A stretch of DNA of 62,870 bases, filler included, from Asterionella formosa (GCA_002256025.1; 12 parts of 12 records of this genome joined end to end with filler, not necessarily neighbours in it); one strand, 5' to 3'. Counted from the first letter of the whole stretch, positions 12,741 to 25,127 are shown. The notes: generated from the sequence alone by a model not told the origin. A program made the numbers and translations.

Positions 12741-13769
12741 TCACTCTGATTCTGAGACTCCTCTGACTACTTGCTGCAAATCCCATTTCCTTTTGATCCT
12801 ATTCTTAATTCGCATGCGCTCTTCCGTTCCTGTTTTATCTATTTTGATTTCCGAATCATACTAACAATGAGAAGGAATTACTCGCTCGTTAGCCATGTTT
12901 TGTTTATACCTCAACACTGCAGTCCCATTTTATCATGCTTCACTTACCAGAAATCGATGGGGGTGGAACTTTTCGCATCATTCAGTAAAAAAATGTGTCA
13001 GTCGATGATCACATAAGTGCACATCAATAAACCGTTCCACCAATGTCATATATAACTTACAACAAATCTATTTGATTAAAATTATCCTGAAAGATTTAAA
13101 AACATGTGTCAGTGATGTTCTAACAGTAATTCATTGATCCAACAAGAGCATTTACAATTTTTTGTCGACATTGGTGGTGTCACACTGAATGCGAAATGTG
13201 GTTTTGAACTGCTAGGGAAAGAAGCAATCATTTAGTCGTTGTGAACCCAACAATTGATCACCTTGGCATGTGCTCTTGACATACCATAGCTAGATTCAGT
13301 TCACTTTTTCATTTTCAATCCTTCTAAGCCGCAAGGTCTATCATCATTGTGTGCGTTGAAGCGTCGTTCTTTCATTTTTCCTTGTCACAGGGGGGCAGAG
13401 ATGATCTCTCATTTCAGGATCATGTGTTACCGGTATGCATAACAAGGAACCTCTAAACATGATTTCAAATGTATAGGCTATGTATACATTCATAAAAATT
13501 TGAAAACGTATAAATATATATACATAATGTTTATACTATCATCAATTAAGCTTATACATAATTCAAATATATACAATGCATGAGGATATCATTGTTTTTC
13601 ATGACCTGATGTACTCCTGTCTTTGAATTTTTCCGCATCAACTCTTGTACCTACAAGAAATTAATTTAATTAAGCCCCTCGATTAGCTGGAGTCATACGA
13701 ATTTTTTCATATGGTACAAATCATAAAATATTTAACGTTAGATGAATCGCTCGAATCAATCTTCATGAA

Positions 13770-14080
13770 TTACAGATCATACTTCCTGGTTAGAAATGAT
13801 TGCCAATAAATAAGATCACAGATGACAATATTTAGCTTTTTAGATCTTACTTTTAACATGAATATATCTTACAACTAAAGAATTACAGATCATACTTTGG
13901 TTAGATATGATTGCCAATAAATAAAATCACAGATAACAATTTTTAGCTTTTTTGATCTTACTTTTAACTTGAATATACCTTGCGACTTAAAATCACAGAT
14001 CATACTTCCTGGTTAGATATGATTGCCATTAAATATGCTCACAGATAACAATTTTTAGCTTGTTTTGATCTTACTTTTAA
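13770..14080. repeat. Tandem array, 3 x ~112 bp
   Basis: ACAGATCATACTT...GGTTAGA.ATGATTGCCA...GATCTTACTTTTAA at ~13772, ~13885 and ~13995. Confidence 0.85.
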
Positions 14081-14089
14081 AAGAAGGAA

Positions 14090-14380
14090 GAGGTGACAAT
14101 AGTTACCAATGTCACCTTGTTTGTACGAGAACGTGTTATTGCGTCGCTCCCCTCCATCACCAATAGATACCAATGTTGTCACCTTGTCTGTACAAGAACG
14201 TGTTCTAGCCTGCGTACGAGGTGACAATAGATACCAATGTCACCTTGTTTGTACGAGAACGTGCTATTGCGTCCCATCCATAACCAGTAGATACCAAGCC
14301 AATGAAAGCTGTGTTTGTACGACTACGTATTATTGCGTGCCAGGTACTTTCAATCCACTTTAGATATACCAATGTCACTC
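14090..14380. repeat. ~63-bp repeat array with internal hairpins
   Basis: TACCAATGTCACCTTGTTTGTACGAGAACGTG repeats. AGGTGACA...TGTCACCT stem-loops occur at ~14091 and ~14219. Confidence 0.75.
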
Positions 14381-14394
14381 CGTAACCCTAACTC

Positions 14395-14655
14395 TATCCC
14401 TATCATGGTACTGATCCAAATTCAAATCAATCGTATACGTAGTACGTTTACATACAAAATATCTGTCCAGCAAACCTGTATATACCGGTAGGTATCACTA
14501 TGATTGACATGATATAAATTCAATTCAATCGTATTCTGGTACGTACGTTTACATGCAAAAAATGTGTGCTACATGTATAGGTATCCCTATGATGGACATG
14601 ATTCAAATTCAAATCAATCGTGTACATACGTTTACATTCAAAAAATCTGTGCAAT
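14395..14655. repeat. Diverged triplicated unit
   Basis: AAATTCAA(A)TCAATCGT...TACGTTTACAT.CAAAA occurs three times. Confidence 0.7.
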
Positions 14656-14700
14656 ATAGCGGTACAAGTACAATAGATGATACAGTACAATAGACAGTAC

Positions 14701-16829
14701 CAGTTAGAAATGGCTTTGAGCCACTTCGAATGGCTTTGAGTCACTTAACGATGTAATATTCAAAATGTATACATAGATTTTTTCTAATTTTCCAGTTATG
14801 ACTATATTTAGGACGACAAAGTTGTTCCTGATGTTGCGCTGGATACAACATATCTAGTTGTTGAATAGGTCTTGTGTTTTAGATAATCAGATAAATGTGT
14901 CGGAAAGTAGCGATCAGCCCAAAAGTGGCAAAAAATATTATACCATTGAGCCAGCATCTCCCGGAAATATATATATATACATTTGTGTAGAAAATTCAAT
15001 GTCTAATATATATTTAGTTGCATTTAACCGCCATGGACCATGCACTCTAGCATTAAATGAGTAAATTAGTCACTCTGAATAAATGAATGCAATATTTCTT
15101 GAAGGCCAAAAAATGGAGTCATATGTTCATATCAGAGACCGCAATTCACAGCAGAAGTTGCTTCCAACATACCAAAAATTGAGGCAAATCGCAGTCATCT
15201 CATTAACAATGATGAAACCTACAACAGCAAGAAAACAGCCTCAACGAGCGCCCCCCCCCAAAAGTACAAGGTGCTACCTAGTTCTTTGGATAAGACTGTA
15301 GTGTCACTTATTTAAAAAATATATACTTTTGGAATTAGAAACTTGAAAGGCAAAAAACAATGGCAAACTACTACTAGCTATATGGTGTAATATCGAATAT
15401 TGTTGCATCGAGGGCAGCTACACTGGCTTGGCAAACAAACCTTATAGTCCAGTACCATTTGTAGAAGCTAAATCAGGCGGGAAAGGCAACTAATTCACTA
15501 GTGCAATTACATGCTACTATGACAATAAATGATTCACAGTTGTTGGCAGGATATAGCTCATCAATTTCTACCCTGACAAGTTTAAAGATCCAACTCACAA
15601 AATGCATGAGAGATGTACTCAGCCAAAAGGACAGGCGCCATGCTGCATTTGCCATTGAAAAGGAAGATATTGTTGACCTGGTGTTGAAAGCATGAGATGA
15701 ATCCTTTGCCCATATCACTACAAACCAAAAAGCTGTTGCTGAAAGAGGTTGGGGTCCATTGAACTACAACTTTTTGCTGCTCCATCCGGATCAGCTGACA
15801 AGTACCTCAAATCTGCAGACAGAAGCAAACAATAATCAACCCGCCTCTTCCATTCCCTCATCCAGACTAAACTTGAGCGAGTCAAGGCATCACCGCAACA
15901 CTTGTTGATCAAGAAATACAGTAGTACCGCAATCGTGAGGATGCTAGAAACGGAATAAATCTGGACAAAGTTGCCCGCCAACGAAAAGAAACAGTACTAA
16001 TGGCGATTGCAAGCAATAAACGATACACATCTGGTCTTCATCATGTCGCTGCAGGCAGGTACTTGTTGGGTCCTGAAGCGGTCGATGACCAGCTAAAAAG
16101 GAAGAAGCATGCGGAAGAAGTGCAGAGGAGTGAGCGAGAGAATCGGAAAATAGATGCGCACATGGCGCTTGCAAACAAAGGTTAGTATGCAATCAGATCG
16201 CTTAAAAAAAGTCAGCTGTGTGGACAGTAGCACAAAGGAAAACAATGGCAACGAGGTACAAGCAAGCAGGCAATCTTCCATTACCAACAATGAAACAACT
16301 GCTACTTAACAGATTCCATGACACCACCATGATGCTTGACGATGCTGCAGTACCAGTTGCAACTGCTGTAACGGTGTCACTTCCTCTGCACCCTTTGGTA
16401 GCTCCCATTACATAACAAGAAGATATGATGGGAGGACCACAAGTCTAAGAATGATGCAACAACTACTGCAAAAAAATACGAGGAGAGAGACCCGACAAGC
16501 ACACCATCAGTCTAAAAACGATGCAACAACTACAAATGAAAAAACATGCAAACGATATAATATTTTCTAACCGTCGCCTATAGAAATAACTACATGTATG
16601 ATAAAATTTCAATCAATGGCTTTGAGCCACTTCGACCTTTTTTGTCACTTTTAAAATGGATAGATCTCAGTTAAAATATGTTCAAGTAAAGAAATGATCT
16701 AATTCTCATGTAGCTTAATGAACGAACTAATATCGTGCCAAAGGCCAAAAGAGGGGATCGATTTTAGCATACTTCTAGAATTAGTCGGAAAACGATACAA
16801 TAACGTGGCTCAAAGCCATTTTTATCTTG
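14701..16829 (+). mobile_element. Internally deleted pogo/Tc1-mariner-like element
   Basis: Imperfect TIRs: CAGTTAGAAATGGCTTTGAGCCAC, and CAAGATAAAAATGGCTTTGAGCCAC as the reverse complement. The decayed ORF LKIQLTKCMRDVL...IEKEDIVDLVLKA*DESFAHITTNQKAVAERGWGPLNYN resembles the region after the DDE_1 domain of pogo-like transposases. No catalytic core was seen. Confidence 0.6.
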
Positions 16830-16861
16830 AATGGCTTTGAGCCACGTTATTGTATCGTTTT
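16789..16861. repeat. Perfect 32-bp-arm hairpin, 9-nt loop
   Basis: AAAACGATACAATAACGTGGCTCAAAGCCATT-tttatcttg-AATGGCTTTGAGCCACGTTATTGTATCGTTTT. Confidence 0.95.
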
Positions 16862-17367
16862 ACCTGGTACCAGTAATCACACACAAGTACCGTATACTTC
16901 ATTGTCCTGGACCCCCCCTATGGTTGCTGGACCCCCCTGTACATTTTTCTCGAGGTGGAACCAAACACCCAATAATTTTCTTGTCATAGACAAAGTAACG
17001 TGCCATAATTCTTTTTGTCCTCGTAGGCACTAGTATGTAATAATTTAGCTACCATTTTGCGATTCTTTTGTACATACAAAACACAAGAGACGACAGGTAG
17101 TGGCTGTGAGCAGCTGGAGAATCCTTCATGATGTTGTCGCAACCTTGACCATGACGAAAATACCAATTATCTCCACGAAAATAGAGAACGACGCTTTGCT
17201 ACTTGCTACCTGTATTAAGAATGACATGGAAAATACAATCGTAAAAGAAGTAAAGTAATAACACTAATAATGACAACGAAAATTGAGATCGCCGATAACA
17301 ACATGAAGTCGCGTTTTTCTTGCGAGGTGAAGAACTCTCTCATTTTTCACAAGACGGAAATAATTGT

Positions 17368-17467
17368 NNNNNNNNNNNNNNNNNNNNNNNNNNNNNNNNN
17401 NNNNNNNNNNNTTAATTAATTAANNNNNNNNNNNNNNNNNNNNNNNNNNNNNNNNNNNNNNNNNNNN
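17368..17467. other. Artificial contig linker (N44-TTAATTAATTAA-N44)
   Basis: Six-frame stop linker inside Ns. The same linker occurs at 34828, 36006, 37184, 38359, 39537, 40714, 41891, 43068, 44249 and 45426. Confidence 0.97.
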
Positions 17468-18639
17468 TTAAGAAGCCGACCTGAGCTATTGCTGCAGCAA
17501 TGCTCGATCACGACTCCGGACATTCGGTCGACTTACAGAAGTATGTTCGTACACCTGTAGTACAGTTGGTTCGAATTGGTCGTCTCGCAATCGATCATCA
17601 CATCCCGGGTTTATGAAAAATAATCTCACACAAGCAGGTAGGTGTATTCATACAGCAATTCCCGCTCCAGCTATCGTCTTGCCATTCGGGTACTTTTTAA
17701 GTAATTTTTATTTAGGGGCAATATGGGGCACATCGAATTTTTCGGCATTAATAAAATTGCCGATTTAAGCATGACAGCCAGAATAACAGTAAACGTTCGT
17801 TTTTTCAATTGGTTAGAGAACACCATGAAGAAGAGAAAACTTTTGACCATCAACAAACTCACACAAAAATGATTGTAACATATGGATGTCAAAAAATTGA
17901 TCATCATGTTTTGCAATCAAAGTATGATTTCATGATTGAATCATAAACAACAAAGGTAAGCAGCGAGAAAATGATTCAAGTAGGGAGAGAGCGAAAGAAG
18001 AGAAAAGGAAAAGAATATAGATTGGGTGTGAAAACTGTCAACAGAAAATATTTTCAACTTCAACGTCACAAAAAACTTACACTCTGTTTTTCATTCACAT
18101 CCACAGAAATGAAATTTTCAATATGGAGGAGGAGCTGGGGTAATAGTATATACCGGATGTTCGTGAGGTTGAGGTGGATGGGTGTGTGCTGGAGGTGAAG
18201 CTGGCTGGTGGTGGTGGTTGTAGACTGGTGCTGGTGATTGACTGCTGGCCAGAGGCGGCAGATGACAGTATGCTTGAGGAGGAGGAGCATGGGAGTAGTA
18301 CATTTTTTGTGGTGATGCCGGCAGTGAATGAAAATATGGCTGCTGATAGGAATATGCAATGTTGTTGGGTGGGGGAGGGGGAGCGGAATGGTAGATTGCT
18401 TGTTGTGGAGGGGGTGGCGGACCAGAACTGGGGGTGTATATGTGTTGAGGTGTTTGAGGCAGATGGGAATAGTAGTGAACTGGAGCCGGAGCAGCCGCAG
18501 CAGAAAGTGCCGCAAAAGGCAGACATCAAAACAACTTTACAATCAACAGTAGGATCATCAATTGGAGATGAAATTCCAACTGATTTGTTCACATCAGGAG
18601 GAACAAATGCAAAGTCGGAAGTATATATTTTGGAAGTTT

Positions 18640-19950
18640 CAAGCTGGTCCTCGGCATCTTCAAACTTCTCAAAACACTGCAATCCTTGCTTGATGCTGCA
18701 TTTCCTTTGATGGCAGCTGATCTTCGTTGGTAATTCAACACTAGAGTTGACAAGTGAAGAAATCATACTCTTCCTCCTTCCATGGGCAGTGCAACGAGCA
18801 GCATTATCCATGCCTGAAGCTCTAGCTACTAAGTCAACGCAAAGTCTAGAAGCATAGCCTTTACCAAAGAAGTCTCTCTTCTTGTGTCCTGCCTTGTATG
18901 TTAGCCCTAGCTTGCGTCGGTTCTTAGTACCAAGTATACGAGAAGCACTGTAGAAAGAGACGCACATGAGTTAGAACATAGGTATGCATTTGCATATATG
19001 TACCGGTATGTATGTATAAAAAATCACCGGTACCTGGTCTCAGCAGTACAAATGTATTGTAAAAATACATACCTTCAGCTCCTTCTAAGGAGCATGTCGC
19101 TGAAAGAACGGTTGGTTGCTAGACACCATCTTGGGCAAACAGAGGTTATCCGGGTAGTGATGTAGCTATGAGCTTCACTATGCATGTAGGGTTGCCAGTA
19201 TTCTTGATCATGGTATGTTCCTGTAGACCTTGGTACTTCCGCTCATTATGTTGCAACGTCAGGGCATTATTTTTTCGACTTCACTTGGATGTAGCATGAC
19301 AGTTTGTAGTCTGTCCAAGAAACCGACTGTTACCTTGTTGAAAGTCAGATTGCACAATTCAATTGAACCTCTAACACCAAACGCTTTGCCCATTTTCCAT
19401 ACGTCTGCACAGACGTACCATCATGGACTTGAGGCAATTGTCATAACTCAGGTAAGGTTGCATCTGGAGTGCGCATAGCTTCCTGTCTTCGTCTTGATCG
19501 AACTGTGACGCCATGGGCTTGTGACCGTATTCTAATGGATGGTACTTGGCAGCAAATGCCATATCTATTTTTTTAAATGCTTGAATCTCACCCTCGCCAT
19601 TGAAATCCTTCGACGGGGAATACGGGATGCCTTGACGGGAGAAGCATCGAAAGTGATCTTTCAGCTTGGTTTGGGCAGTGTTCGGTTGGTACATTGCTGA
19701 TGCGATGGCTTTATCAGATGCAGTTTCAAGGATAATGCGGAGTCCAAAGTCGGTTGCAACTGCTGAAGACTATACAAATGCCATTCGATCCAGCAACGAT
19801 GTTTTTGGATCTGCTACACAAACAGATGTTATCAGGAACCTGACGCACAACACAAACAGCTGTACCAAGGCACTTAACATCATCGAAAGCAGATTCTTTG
19901 AAACTCTTGTCGGAAATCCAACCTTGGGCTCGCTTGCTTGTATAGATCAG
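18640..19950 (-). pseudogene. Crypton-like tyrosine recombinase pseudogene
   Basis: Manual translation gives FGVRGSIELCNL (catalytic Arg box, ~19380-19345), KNNALTL, NPTCIVKLI and CTAHGRRKSMISSL (HxxR). An intron has a GTATGT donor at 19072, a CTAAC branch point and a CAG acceptor at 18948. The final His/Tyr motifs were not found. Confidence 0.75.
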
Positions 19951-19953
19951 GAT

Positions 19954-21300
19954 CGTCTGCAAATAAAAAGTATCATGCATATAAGATCAAGGGTATTGTA
20001 TGCTAAGTGGCACAGGATTTTTGTAAATATGATAATTTTTGAATCAAAACTATGATCAAGGTATCCTATATTTATGATGATTTAATAATAATTTACTGAC
20101 CTTGAAATATAATGATAATAAGAACATTATCATCACACAATGTATATCAACTGATCAACAACATTTCTCATCAATATCATAAACCTTCTCATATTATTTT
20201 CACTTCTCATGATTGCCAAATGTAAATTATTACTACAACGCATCCTAAAATCAGCTCAACTCTATGCTATCATGTGAATTGTTTCATCGTAAATCTATCT
20301 TAAACTTTATCATAATTCTAATCACAAGCATTGTTCAAAATAGATTGAAATGGATTGTAATTTAATTAACAAATTAAGCAATGATATTTCTGTTTCGACA
20401 GCTACCCAAGGAATTTTTCTCTCCTCTCCACTCATCTCAATGTATATTGTTCCTGTATCGCCCTTTTCTTCCTCTTTTCTGAATATTGTGCCAAGCAATG
20501 CCTTACTAATGTTGCGTCTCTTTCCCTACTGTTAGTGTCATTCTGAACTCGCCGACTATTCCGTTGTTTGATCGGTTTTATTATGTATGCAGTTACAGAA
20601 ACAATGAGAAGGAATGACTTGTAGGCTAGACATGTTACACTAACACAACATCACGCCATTCCATCGTATACTCTTGCTTGCTTCACTTACAACAGCCAAA
20701 TCAAAGCAAGTGATGAATAAGTCTGTAATAGTAAATTGTCAGTAAACGTTTGAATAGGTAAGTTTTAGGTATCCAATGTTGTTGAATAAAACTTACCAAT
20801 TCATTTTCGTTAGCTTAAGTTTGAGAGAAGGTAAACGTGGCATGTCTGTCAGTTATGTTCCATCAGAAGTGAATAAGTCCAACCACGACAAGAGCACTTA
20901 CCAATTTTGTTTTGTTTTACATTGGTGCTCCCCAAGAAGCGAAACGAGCTGTTGAATCAACTGAGAGAAAAGGAAATGTGCGTTTAGTTTACATTGTTGT
21001 TGTCCTGCCTCCCAACGATTGTCATCCAAGTACCACATTGATGGCTTCATTACCTTAAACATACTCCATCCTTTGAAGGCGCAATGTGTGGAAGCCACAA
21101 TGTTGTTCATTATTGCGTAAACTTTCGTTGCCATATGCTGTACTACGATAATTCTTTTCATGAAGCAGGCATTGTTTGTTAACATGACAGAACGATTTCA
21201 AATATATTTGCCATGTATATAGTTATAAAATTTGTAAATATATAAATATATCAAGTGTTGTACATTTATAAAAGTCAAAGGTAATCTCAATATGGCACGT
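19954..21300 (+). mobile_element. Copy of the CGTCTG-terminus element
   Basis: CGTCTGCAAATAAAAAGTATCATGCATATAAGATCAAGGG terminus. Subterminal and intron-like blocks are shared with the 12120 and 27840 copies. The right boundary is uncertain. Confidence 0.65.
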
Positions 21301-21669
21301 CTGGTAGCTAGTATTGTTGAGATGATCATATTTGCATATAGATAATTCGAAAATATTCAATGCACCATATATCCATTGTTTTCCACGACTTCGTGTACTG
21401 GTACTGTTTCTGAAATTTGTTTGCATCAATATTTTCTACGTCCGTTGGAACTTATTATTTAGACCATTCAATTGGTGTAAGTCATAACTCATTTGTATCA
21501 TTATTATTTACACGCAAGGATTTGGTAGCAAATTGTTTAAGCCCCTTTTTTGGGCGGGAGTTCTTCATGTGTACTTGTACATCATATGACGATAACATTT
21601 TATCATATATATACAGAGTACAAGTTGCAGGTAGGAAGTGATATACTGGGGGTACGAGGTATTCAGAGT

Positions 21670-22110
21670 ACCAGGTAGTGAGCGAGCAACAAAACACCAT
21701 ATGTTCAGGTCTGTCGCTACTGCAGTGGGACAGTAAACCATCATAGTTTTGGGATCATATGATCATGAGATTGAAAAAGGATAGTCGGAGTAGTAAGCGA
21801 GCAACAGAGCACCATATGTTCATGACTGCTGCTACTGCAGTGGGACAAAAAAGCATCATAGTTTCAGGATTGTATGATCATAAAAATGAAAAAAGATAGT
21901 CGGAGCAGTAAGCGAGCAACAGAGCACCATATGTTCATGACTGGCTGTTCTACTGCCACGGGACAGTTTATCATCATAGTTTCAGGATTGTATGATTGTA
22001 AAATTGAAAGAGGGTAGTCGGAGTAGTAAGCGAGCAACAGAAGACGATATGTTCAGGACTGTTGCTACTACAGTGGGACAGTAAAGCATCATAATTTTAG
22101 GATCGCATAA
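21670..22110. repeat. Tandem array, 4 x ~115-118 bp
   Basis: AGCGAGCAACA...ATATGTTCA...GGGACA...CATCATA at 21681, 21796, 21911 and 22029. Confidence 0.9.
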
Positions 22111-22224
22111 TTGTATAACAAGATATGCTATTACTCAAACTTGGTTCTAATTTGTATACGATAATGTAAATAGCACTGTTGGTTTTATGGTATCATATCT
22201 AGACAGCGTAAAATATTATATGTA

Positions 22225-23888
22225 GTGGCTGATGATTCATTTCATTGTAGCTTGCAACACCTGAGTTTAAGATCTTCGAACTTTAAGGAAGACAATGACA
22301 ACAGTTATCTAGTAGTACAAGCAATGTCTTCAAAAAACCATAAAGAGATACATGGAAACAAGCGACATGTGGCAAATACTGCCGGTATGGAACAAAGAAA
22401 CAAGTACCAAAATGAGTTAACAAAGAAGAAGCGAATAGGCGATTATCCAAAGGAACCCAATCGGCAACAGGGAGTTAGTGGGTGTACTACCCCATTGTCA
22501 ATGGGGGCACCATCAGCTACTAGTACAAAGGATCCCGCAATTGATACTGAAAGCGATGATGACGTCTCTTTTTCAGTTGTTGATACAAGAAAAATGGTTC
22601 CTGTCAATGATACCATTAATAACTCCCGGATGCAGATGGACAACATGGTACCATATCATAAATTTTCTAATCGCACGGACAACAAGTACATGGCAATATG
22701 AGGGAAAAATATTTTGCACTTGCCAAAGGATATTATCAATTGGTCAATGAACTCAATTACTACAAAGGTCGTAATTCGGTTCAAAACTCGCTTTTCCATA
22801 CGAGGTTATCAAGAATCTTCAATTTCAGCAGCCTTATCAGAACTCCGTTCCCGTTTAGCTAAAATTGAACTGATCCATCAATTGTCACAAAGGTTGTGAG
22901 TTATATTTTCAAGACCAAGAAGTTTTGCTGTGAACATGTAAGTTTGAGGTTATAGTTCGCGAATTGCAGGTACTGTAAAATAGAATATCAATCTAATGTG
23001 CTTTTTTCTGGTCCCAAAAGGGAATCAAACATCCCGCCCTACTATCTGGTCCAAGTAGTATGAAAGGCATTTCCAATCGCAAACAGGATTGGTTTGCCCA
23101 ATGTTTACCTGCCTAACTCGGCTATACACAGTGAAACCGGAGTTATGCAAAGAAGTGGAGAGTGACCCAGAGCTTGCCGATTTCATATGGAATGGTTCTG
23201 ATGCTACTTCCAATGAATCAGACCATTGATTATACCAACAAGGCACATTTAGATTACATCAAATCAACATTTGGTGGTATGTGCATTAAAAAGTTGAGAG
23301 AATGTCAGAATGTGCATATTGAATAATCAATTTAAAGGAATCATAGGTAAGTTCTTGCAGGGAGATGCTCCGAAAGCATGATGTTTTGAGTCGGTGATTG
23401 TATTCTTATCAAACATGTTTGAATTTAAAAATGCTAACATAATTCATGACACACCAGCTGGTCTAACAGAATATATCTTCCAGACTATGGATATTGATGA
23501 CTTTATTAGGTGGGCGTTCACGCTTTATCGTTTTGCGCAGTCAAAGGACATTGACAGGGGAAGCCAAGGATACCAAGTCTGGCGTGATGCTCTTGCTCCG
23601 TTGTATTTTATAGGCAACACAAGCCGTGGAGAACCATTTCTAACAGGAGACAAATCTGGTGTGACCGACTTTCAACTAAGTCTTCGGGCACAGTGTGAAT
23701 TGCAATCACGTTTTAATGGTTCGCTGATCAATGCCAGTACAGAAGCATTTTGTTTCTTGATACTGCAAGGAAATTCCGATTGCAACAAAAATATAGCCTG
23801 GGAGGATGTAATCAACCTCAGTGCCGCAATTTTTTATTGCATCGGCCGACACAACGTCCTACCTTTTGGACAGTACAATCATCAATGA
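22225..23888 (+). pseudogene. Decayed gene of unknown family
   Basis: Chain of protein-like ORFs (158, 61 and 164 aa) interrupted by stops. The first two are in the same frame. No recognisable motif. Confidence 0.45.
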
Positions 23889-25127
23889 TGAGGTGAGTAG
23901 GCTTGCCACCTTTTCCCAAAGCAATGGATGCCAAACTTTTTCGATACATTGTAAGAATATGTCTGTATCAACCCAAGCTTTGGGTTGACAAGCATATTTA
24001 ATACCGACCGGAAGAAGTTGTTGATTGTTGCCTAGTAATCCCAATTGCCTGGCAATACGACCATCCCTTATTCCTGTGACTAAAATGAATGGTGGCATTT
24101 TTTCATCACTCATAGTGACACCTAACAGCACAGTGCAGCTATTCGAATTCCCTGTGGTTCGAAGCCCAATGGTCCTTTCGCCACGGTTTGCCGAAGTTGT
24201 TGATCCAAACATGTCAAAATTGATGTTTGTCTCATCAATATTGACAATGTTTCCTGCAGGAAATTCGAATGCAGAAATTTGATTGTTGGCATAGATAACG
24301 AAATCCTGAATCTTCTCCTCATCCAGCCTTGTTATTTGGGCGACATAAGTCAAACGCCTAATGGCAATGTTCTTATGGGCGAGCCATCGGTTGATCCGTT
24401 TTTCAAGGGCCTTCAGAGACACATTTTCATTCCCAGGTTGCCTCTTGAGAGCTCAACACTAAGCATCATAGCACTACAGGCCCTATCTTGACACCGCAAC
24501 TAGTCAAAAAGTAACTTCAAGCCTTCAAAGTTAGCAGCACTTTTTGGAGAGCTGCCGGGGTGAGCACTTTTTTCACCAACACCTGCCTCTGAATAAAAAC
24601 TTCTTCCTGCAGGGGAATCTCCACCACCACAGACGGTTTCACAACCATTGCATTGTTCAGCATGGACTTCCAGCTCCGGATCTGCTTTGGCTGAACCGAA
24701 TATACTCTGGCACTTGCCTTGATATTGTTGGGCTTGCTGTATGCTTCCGCAACAATATTTTTCTTCTGCCTGATTAAGAGATATTTCTTGGTTGTCATAC
24801 TTATGATACCGAAAAAATGATTTCGTTGGTTAACCTCATTTTGTTTCAAGATTAAAATTGTAGACTCTACACAAATTATTACTAGCATAGAATTAGGTAC
24901 AAAAGTATACACACTATAGAAATTACTATGATTGCAGCCATCACAAAATACAGGCGCGCCAGTGCACCAAAAATCTAAATTCGATTGATCCTAGAAACCG
25001 TTTGAACCTATAAAACAATATATCTTTTAATGTTGAACGGTGGTGAAGTTGGTTTCTTCATAATGTTTGGCGATCAAAAATGGCCTGGTGTGTTTTATCC
25101 CCCTCTAAATAAAATCTATCGTGGCTG
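23880..25127 (-). mobile_element. pogo-like (DDE_1) transposon, 5' part with transposase pseudogene
   Basis: IVNIDETNINFD, CTVLLGVTMSDEKMPPFIL and QPKAWVD, plus an N-terminal HTH-like segment (NIKASARVYSVQPKQIRSW). The 5' end is shared with 42560-43067. Confidence 0.85.

Larger units (their letters stand above)
12120..14080 (+). mobile_element. Copy of the unclassified CGTCTG-terminus element, with a decayed minus-strand spliced gene and tandem arrays
   Basis: Starts CGTCTGCAAATAAAAAGTAT, as at 19954, 27840 and 45985 (reverse complement). A minus-strand GTAAGT...CTAAC...TTAG intron at ~12862-12947 has counterparts in the 20 kb and 28 kb copies. The right boundary is uncertain. Confidence 0.65.

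Noticed and set aside
18066..18710. Overlapping 149-178-aa ORFs on both strands
   Set aside because: Low-complexity Pro/His/Ser-rich sequence downstream of the recombinase remnant. Stop-poor by composition.
19666..20055. 129-aa plus-strand ORF
   Set aside because: It is antisense to the recombinase N-terminus and runs across the CGTCTG junction, so it is a chance chimera.
21670..22110. CRISPR-like appearance of the regular arrays (also 13770-14380 and 28583-29150)
   Set aside because: Whole units are homologous, so there are no unique spacers. There are no cas genes and the context is eukaryotic.
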